DNA from: Opitutia bacterium
Lineage (GTDB): Bacteria; Verrucomicrobiota; Verrucomicrobiia; Opitutales; Opitutaceae
Assembly: GCA_947478395.1 (NCBI GenBank)
Contig: CANJVR010000001.1
Span: 96,001 to 160,000 of the forward strand
Length of the DNA stretch: 64,000 nt
Direction: 5' to 3'
The notes below the pieces were generated by a model. That model was not told where the DNA came from. It did no database searches and saw nothing but the letters and a program-made list of their open reading frames with translations. Positions 58,777 to 64,000 of the stretch are shown one piece after another (the first letter of the stretch is position 1; each line of letters opens with the position of its first letter). The translations under genes were made by a program, and so were the position numbers.

Positions 58777-59532
58777 ATGCCCGACTTCCGCGTCTATTGC
58801 ACCCCCGTCACCGCTGAACCGGCTGAAATTATCCTCTCACCCGACGAGTCGCACCATCTCGTCAACGTCAACCGCGCCGCCGCGGGAGACACGGTGGTCG
58901 CGTTCGATGGGCGCGGAGCCGAGTGGATCTGTGCCCTCACCGTCGCCGATAAACGAGCCGCCCGGCTCACGGTGCGGTTTAAGCAAAAGACAAAAGCCCT
59001 GCCGTTTGCCGTCACCCTTGGCCAAGCGTTACCCAAAGGCAGCTACATGGACGCCATCGTGCGCAAAGCGACGGAGATTGGCGCCTCCCGCATCGTGCCT
59101 TTGGCGAGCGAACGCACCCAAGTCCACCTCGACGCCGATCGCTCCGACCGAAAAATCGAAAAGTGGCAGACCGCCGCACTCGAAGCCGCCAAGCAGTGCG
59201 GCAACGCCTGGCTGCCGGAGATCACGCCGGTGCAAGATGCCACGGCCTTCATGAATTCAGCGCGCGGCTACGATTTAAAACTGATTGCGAGCCTTCAGCC
59301 GGATGCGAAATCGCTCAAACCCGTGCTCAGCGCCTTCGCGGCCGCCCATGGACGCGCCCCCAAAAACGTGCTTTGGCTCATCGGTCCCGAGGGCGATTTC
59401 ACGCCCGCCGAATTGAGCACCGCGCGCACCGCTGGATTCGAGCCCATCACCCTTGGTCCCCTCGTCCTTCGCTGCGAAACCGCCGCGGTCTACGCGTTGA
59501 GCGTGCTGAGTTACGAGCTGCAGAACGGATAG
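58777..59532 (+). CDS. rsmE: 16S rRNA m3U1498 methyltransferase
   Basis: HHL..V.R, KATEIG, EAAKQC, IGPEGDF, LG..VLRCETA. Confidence 0.95.
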   Translation: MPDFRVYCTPVTAEPAEIILSPDESHHLVNVNRAAAGDTVVAFDGRGAEWICALTVADKRAARLTVRFKQKTKALPFAVTLGQALPKGSYMDAIVRKATEIGASRIVPLASERTQVHLDADRSDRKIEKWQTAALEAAKQCGNAWLPEITPVQDATAFMNSARGYDLKLIASLQPDAKSLKPVLSAFAAAHGRAPKNVLWLIGPEGDFTPAELSTARTAGFEPITLGPLVLRCETAAVYALSVLSYELQNG

Positions 59533-59634
59533 GCGCCGTTGTCCGCCCATGCAGGCGGCGTGCCCCCACCCCGCGAACGACGGCGCAGGGCAAGCGACGA
59601 TTTGCGGGGTATGGGCAACCCCGCCCACATCGGA

Positions 59635-60459
59635 CTATTTCCCGATCGAACGCTGCTGCGCTGCGCGAAAATCCGTCTGGATTTTTCGCGTCCATCCGTC
59701 CGGCTTCATTTCGTAAGCGCGCTCATCGATCCGCGCCACCGGCATCACGCCCAGCAGCGCGTTGGTCACAAAAACTTCGTCGGCCTCGTGCCACATCGCC
59801 TCGGTCACCGGCGTTTCCCGGACCTTTTTTCCCGGCTTCAGCGCCAACACGATCGCGCGCGCAATACCCGGCAAAACGCCGCTCTCAATCGGCGGCGTGA
59901 AGACTTCACCCGCTTTCACCACGAATAGATTCGCGGTCGAGCTCTCGAGGACGTTCCCCTCCGGTCCGACGAATAGCGCGTCGTCGAAGCCCAACGCTCG
60001 CGCCCCCGCGCGAGCCCGCCGGTTCTTCAGATAGCTGAGCGATTTGAGCGCCGCGGTCTGCCCTATCGGGCGCGCGTCAGGAAACGTCTTCAGCCGAAAT
60101 CCAGCTTCGTAACTCGCCGCCGGATAAAAAAAAGGACGCAGGGTGAGCAATTCGCCGCCACTCGATTCTCCCAGAAAAATCACAATCTTGAGCGCCCCTT
60201 CTTCGAGGCCGTTCGCGGCGATCAGTGCCCGAACGCGCTCCCCCAAACCATCCGCGACCTTTAATTCCAGCTCACGCGCGCTGCGCTCCAACCGCGCGGC
60301 ATGCTCCGCGAAAAATACCGGCTGCCCCCGAAGGACTTTGATCGTCTCGAAAATCCCATGGCCAAACATGAAGCCGTCGCCGAGCGGGGAAATCCGCGCC
60401 TCTGCCGCGTTCATCTCCACGCCATCGAGCATCACACGATCGCAAAATCCGGTTTTCAT
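59635..60459 (-). CDS. pabC: Aminotransferase class IV, probable 4-amino-4-deoxychorismate lyase
   Basis: G.GIFET, H..RL, K.LSY, E...AN.F, LPGI.R, ADEVF.TNA; context. Confidence 0.85.
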   Translation of the reverse strand: MKTGFCDRVMLDGVEMNAAEARISPLGDGFMFGHGIFETIKVLRGQPVFFAEHAARLERSARELELKVADGLGERVRALIAANGLEEGALKIVIFLGESSGGELLTLRPFFYPAASYEAGFRLKTFPDARPIGQTAALKSLSYLKNRRARAGARALGFDDALFVGPEGNVLESSTANLFVVKAGEVFTPPIESGVLPGIARAIVLALKPGKKVRETPVTEAMWHEADEVFVTNALLGVMPVARIDERAYEMKPDGWTRKIQTDFRAAQQRSIGK

Positions 60460-61901
60460 TTCGCCATCAAAGCGGCGCGCATCGCCCGGCCTTTGTCGAG
60501 GGTTTCCTGATATTCGCTCTCCGGATCCGAGTCCCAGACGATCCCGCCGCCGACGTGATAATACGCGCGATCCGCCCGGCAAAGAATCGTGCGAATCGCG
60601 ATGTTGAGATCGCAACTGCCATCGAAATCGATGTATCCCATCGCACCCGTATACCAATTCCGCGGCCGGGTTTCGATTTCCTCAATGACCTGCATCGCGC
60701 GAATCTTCGGTGCGCCGGTGATTGATCCGCCGGGAAATGCCGCGCGGATACAATCGAAGGCGTCGCAGTCCGCGCGTAACAGGCCCGAGACGGCGCTCAC
60801 GAGGTGAAACACCGTGGGATGCGTTTCGAGCCGGACCATCTCGTCGACCCGCACCGAGCCGAATTCGCAGACGCGGCCGAGATCGTTGCGCTCGAGATCC
60901 ACGATCATCAGCAGTTCCGCGCGATCCTTCTCGCTCGCGAGAAGTTCCCGGCGAAGGCGCGCATCTTCTTCCGGGGTCTGACCGCGCGGACGGGTGCCTT
61001 TAATTGGGCGCGTGTCGACGTTTCGGCCGCGGATGCGCAAGAACCGCTCGGGAGAACTGCTCACCACCTGAAATTCCCCCAGGTTGAAGTAGCTCGCGAA
61101 CGGGGCTGGGCTATGAGTGCGCAACCGCTGATATAACGCGTACGGCGATCCCACCAGCGGCACTTCGAAACGTTGGGCGAGATTGACCTGATAAACATCG
61201 CCTTCGCGGATGTAGAACTTGATGCGATCAATGGCCCGAAGGTACTCGTCCTTCGAAAAATTCGACTGCGGTTCGAGGCTGGGTGGATCATCCTTAATCC
61301 GCCGGTTCAATTCAGCTCGCTCCGAAATCTCGGGCGCAGCCAAACCCGGCGGGCTGGAGCCAACCCGCGCCACCTCGTTCACGGCTCGCTCAAGCCGGTC
61401 CAGAATTTCGTCGGCGGCCGCTGCCGCCACGGGGTTCGCCACGGCGAAGGCCCGGCCATTTTCCCGATCGAAGGCCAGGATGCCGTCGTAGAATCCAAAC
61501 TGCGCCTCCGGCATCTGGAGATCGTCTCCCGCCCGACTCGTCACGTTTTCCAAACCGGCACCGTATTCGTAGGAAAATCCGCCCACCGCTCCGCCTAAAA
61601 ACGGAATCTCCACCGCCGGGTCGCGCGCTGGCCGGAACGTCGCCATGAGTCTTTTCAGTTCAGTCAGGGCATCGCCTTGGAAGACTTTATTTCCATGCGC
61701 ACTCGTGAGCGTGATTTCACCCCGCCTCGCGCGAAATTTTAGAAACGGATCGAATCCGATAAACGAGAACCGCCCCAGCCCGCCACTTTCCAGTCCGCTA
61801 TCGAGGAAGAAACTGCCCTCCCGCTCGCAGAGACCGGCGAAGAGCTCTGCCGGCGGCGGCAGTCCGTGCCATTCCCTCAGCACCACGGCAGACGACTTCA
61901 T
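60456..61901 (-). CDS. pabB: Aminodeoxychorismate synthase component I
   Basis: GDVYQVN, SSSPERF, PIKGTR, MIVDLERND, FPGGSITGAPK, GGGIV.DS; folate context. Confidence 0.92.
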   Translation of the reverse strand: MKSSAVVLREWHGLPPPAELFAGLCEREGSFFLDSGLESGGLGRFSFIGFDPFLKFRARRGEITLTSAHGNKVFQGDALTELKRLMATFRPARDPAVEIPFLGGAVGGFSYEYGAGLENVTSRAGDDLQMPEAQFGFYDGILAFDRENGRAFAVANPVAAAAADEILDRLERAVNEVARVGSSPPGLAAPEISERAELNRRIKDDPPSLEPQSNFSKDEYLRAIDRIKFYIREGDVYQVNLAQRFEVPLVGSPYALYQRLRTHSPAPFASYFNLGEFQVVSSSPERFLRIRGRNVDTRPIKGTRPRGQTPEEDARLRRELLASEKDRAELLMIVDLERNDLGRVCEFGSVRVDEMVRLETHPTVFHLVSAVSGLLRADCDAFDCIRAAFPGGSITGAPKIRAMQVIEEIETRPRNWYTGAMGYIDFDGSCDLNIAIRTILCRADRAYYHVGGGIVWDSDPESEYQETLDKGRAMRAALMAK

Positions 61902-62401
61902 GGGACGGCCGTCACGGTCTCCCACGGACCGATCCGCGCAATTCCGGCCTGTTCCAGTCGGCCCGCCAGCAGCTCCACACGCTCACCGTCGAGCGGCAGA
62001 TCGGGGGCGATCTCGGCCAGCGGCGTGAGCACAAAACTCCGCTCCTTCATCCGCGGATGCGGCAACGTCAACTCGGCCGCGTCGCTCGTCACGCCCTCGT
62101 ACCACAGTACGTCGAGATCGAGCGTCCGCGGGCCCCAGTGTTCGCGTCGCTCGCGGCCCTGCGCGTCCTCTATTTTCCGGACAATTCGCAACAGGGTCAG
62201 CGGTGCGGCGAACGTCTCAATCGCAGCCACGCAGTTGAGAAACCGCGGCTGCGCCGTGACGCCCACGGGGTTGGTTTCGTAGATCGAAGAGATTTTTCCC
62301 ACGCGAATATCCGTTTCGCTCCGCAGCTGGGCGACCGCCGCGCGCAAAAAATTCACGCGGTCACCGAGATTACTGCCGAGACCGAGGTACGCCGTTTTCA
62401 C
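61898..62401 (-). CDS. folK: HPPK (2-amino-4-hydroxy-6-hydroxymethyldihydropteridine diphosphokinase)
   Basis: YLGLGSNLG, FLN, WGPRTLDLD, LPHP...R.FV. Confidence 0.95.
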   Translation of the reverse strand: MKTAYLGLGSNLGDRVNFLRAAVAQLRSETDIRVGKISSIYETNPVGVTAQPRFLNCVAAIETFAAPLTLLRIVRKIEDAQGRERREHWGPRTLDLDVLWYEGVTSDAAELTLPHPRMKERSFVLTPLAEIAPDLPLDGERVELLAGRLEQAGIARIGPWETVTAVP

Positions 62402-62759
62402 GCTGCTTGCTGGTTTCGACGGCGACGTAGTCGAGCACGCCACCCATTGGTACCGACGGTTTCTTGATGATGATCTCGGCCACGCTCACGCGAGGACACG
62501 CCGCCAGCACGCGATCCAGGACGCGATTGGCGAGGGTCTCTAACAGTTTCACCCGCTCGTGCTCCATGATTTCGCGGCAGATAGCGTGCACTTTCACGTA
62601 GTCGACGGTGGCATCGAGATCGTCGGTGCGAGCCGCTTCGGAAATGTCGAGCGTCAGGACCAGATCGATGAAAAACCGCTGACCGAGCGAATTCTCCGCG
62701 GCGAGTGCGCCGTGGTAGCCATAAAAAACCATGTTCTTGAGGTGGATTCGTCCGTTCAT
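62370..62759 (-). CDS. folB: Dihydroneopterin aldolase
   Basis: GYHG...E...GQ.F, DDL..TVDY, LLETLA, KP. Confidence 0.95.
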   Translation of the reverse strand: MNGRIHLKNMVFYGYHGALAAENSLGQRFFIDLVLTLDISEAARTDDLDATVDYVKVHAICREIMEHERVKLLETLANRVLDRVLAACPRVSVAEIIIKKPSVPMGGVLDYVAVETSKQRENGVPRSRQ

Positions 62760-63637
62760 GAGAAATTGGATCGGCGCAGCGCCACCGCCATGCGCGCGGC
62801 ACGAAGATTAGCGCGGACATCGTGCACGCGGAAAAAATCCACGCCCTGCCACGCGGCAATCGCCGTGGTCGCGAGCGTGCCTTCGAGCCTTTCCTCCACC
62901 GGCAAGTCGAGGACCTTTCCGATGGTGGATTTCCGCGAAGCGCCCAGCAGCAACGGAAAGCCGAGCGCGTGTAATTCGCCGATACGCGCGATGATCGCCA
63001 GATTTTGCGCCGGGGTTTTTCCAAATCCGATGCCCGGATCGAGCACCAGGCGATCAGGCGAGACGCCAGCGCGAGTCGCGATATCAATTGAGCGCCGAAA
63101 AAAAACCGTGAGCGCTTCGATCACATCACCGGACGCCTGAGCCATCGCCGGATCGTTGTGCATCAGAATCGATGCCGCCCCCGATTCAGCCGCGAGCGTG
63201 GCGAGCTCAGGGTGGCGTTGAAATCCGTGAATATCATTCACGACGTGCGCACCGGATGCCAGCGCGGCTCGGGCCACCGCCGGCTTGTAGGTGTCGATCG
63301 ACAAGACCATGGACCGCTCCTTCGCCAGCGCGGTTATCACGGGGATCACCCGGGCGATTTCCTCTTCATCGGAAATTTCCTGGAAGCCGGGTCGAGTCGA
63401 CTGTCCGCCGATATCGATGACCACCGCCCCCTCTGCTGCGAGTCGTACCGCCTGCCCGACCGCGGCCTCCACCGCGGCAAATCGGCCACCGTCGAAAAAC
63501 GAGTCGGGCGTGACGTTCAGTATTCCCACCATTACGGGCTCGCCGCCCAAGACGATTTCACGTGAACCGCAGCGCAAGATGCGACCGCGCGCCACCCCGG
63601 ATTCAGGCACGGGTTGATTTGCGGCAGAAACACTCAT
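62756..63637 (-). CDS. folP: Dihydropteroate synthase
   Basis: GILNVTPDSF.DGG, STRPG, SIDT, DPGIGFGK, SRKS, RVHDV. Confidence 0.96.
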   Translation of the reverse strand: MSVSAANQPVPESGVARGRILRCGSREIVLGGEPVMVGILNVTPDSFFDGGRFAAVEAAVGQAVRLAAEGAVVIDIGGQSTRPGFQEISDEEEIARVIPVITALAKERSMVLSIDTYKPAVARAALASGAHVVNDIHGFQRHPELATLAAESGAASILMHNDPAMAQASGDVIEALTVFFRRSIDIATRAGVSPDRLVLDPGIGFGKTPAQNLAIIARIGELHALGFPLLLGASRKSTIGKVLDLPVEERLEGTLATTAIAAWQGVDFFRVHDVRANLRAARMAVALRRSNFS

Positions 63638-64000
63638 CGGAACCTCTACCGGTAACAATGAGCTGCCGCATGACAAGGGGCGATGCGGAGCGATCGGATG
63701 CGTCTGGGCAAAATTTCGGGAGGTTTTCCCGCCCTCGGGCCGGTCAACCCGGGACCACCCCGGTCCCGTGATGCGCAACCCTCCGCGCTCTGGCTCGTTC
63801 TAATGACGGCGTTTTTTAATTTTCGAATTCCGGGTCGTTCGGTGCCGGACCCAAGATTGGTCTGCTGCTCAAGACGCGAAGTGCATTTTCCGCGGCGGTT
63901 GAGGTGGGTGAGATCGCCGCCGGCAACTAGGTCGCCGCCAAAAAAATTTAAAAAAATCGATCTCCGCGTCGGCCGCTTCCGTGCAAATCCAAATGCTCAA

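Noticed and set aside
63690..63710. ZTP-riboswitch-like 3' motif (cgtctgggca)
   Set aside because: It is on the strand opposite to folP and the 5' conserved elements are missing.

Overview
High-GC bacterial chromosomal window. The gene content (DUF1552/DUF1592-type pair, Minf_1886-like protein, many secreted esterases and sulfatase, Tat-exported sugar isomerase) suggests Verrucomicrobiota, probably Opitutaceae; this is inference. Housekeeping blocks are rpmI-rplT-pheS-pheT-lysA-gatC-gatA-gatB, nadK, rsmE and folP-folB-folK-pabB-pabC, plus six tRNA genes (Gly-GCC, Lys-CTT, Thr-TGT, Gln-CTG, Pro-GGG, Leu-CAA). The best candidate for an undescribed system is a lower-GC seven-gene operon between convergent tRNA-Gln and tRNA-Pro. 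It encodes ExbB, two ExbD, TonB, a secreted TPR protein and two membrane-anchored coiled-coil proteins, with no receptor or TolB/Pal. A decayed island at the 3' end of tRNA-Leu (about 49.6-58.5 kb) holds a ~135-bp degenerate duplication of the tRNA end bracketing a single esterase gene, IS3-family ends flanking a sulfatase, a czcC-czcA pair lacking its adaptor and bracketed by a repeated motif, and gene fragments. Other points of note are an integration relic at tRNA-Gly, an ABC binding protein-permease fusion, a candidate sRNA, a structured folP leader and periodic palindromes inside the translation operon. No CRISPR array or rRNA was seen. All calls were made by eye, without database searches.
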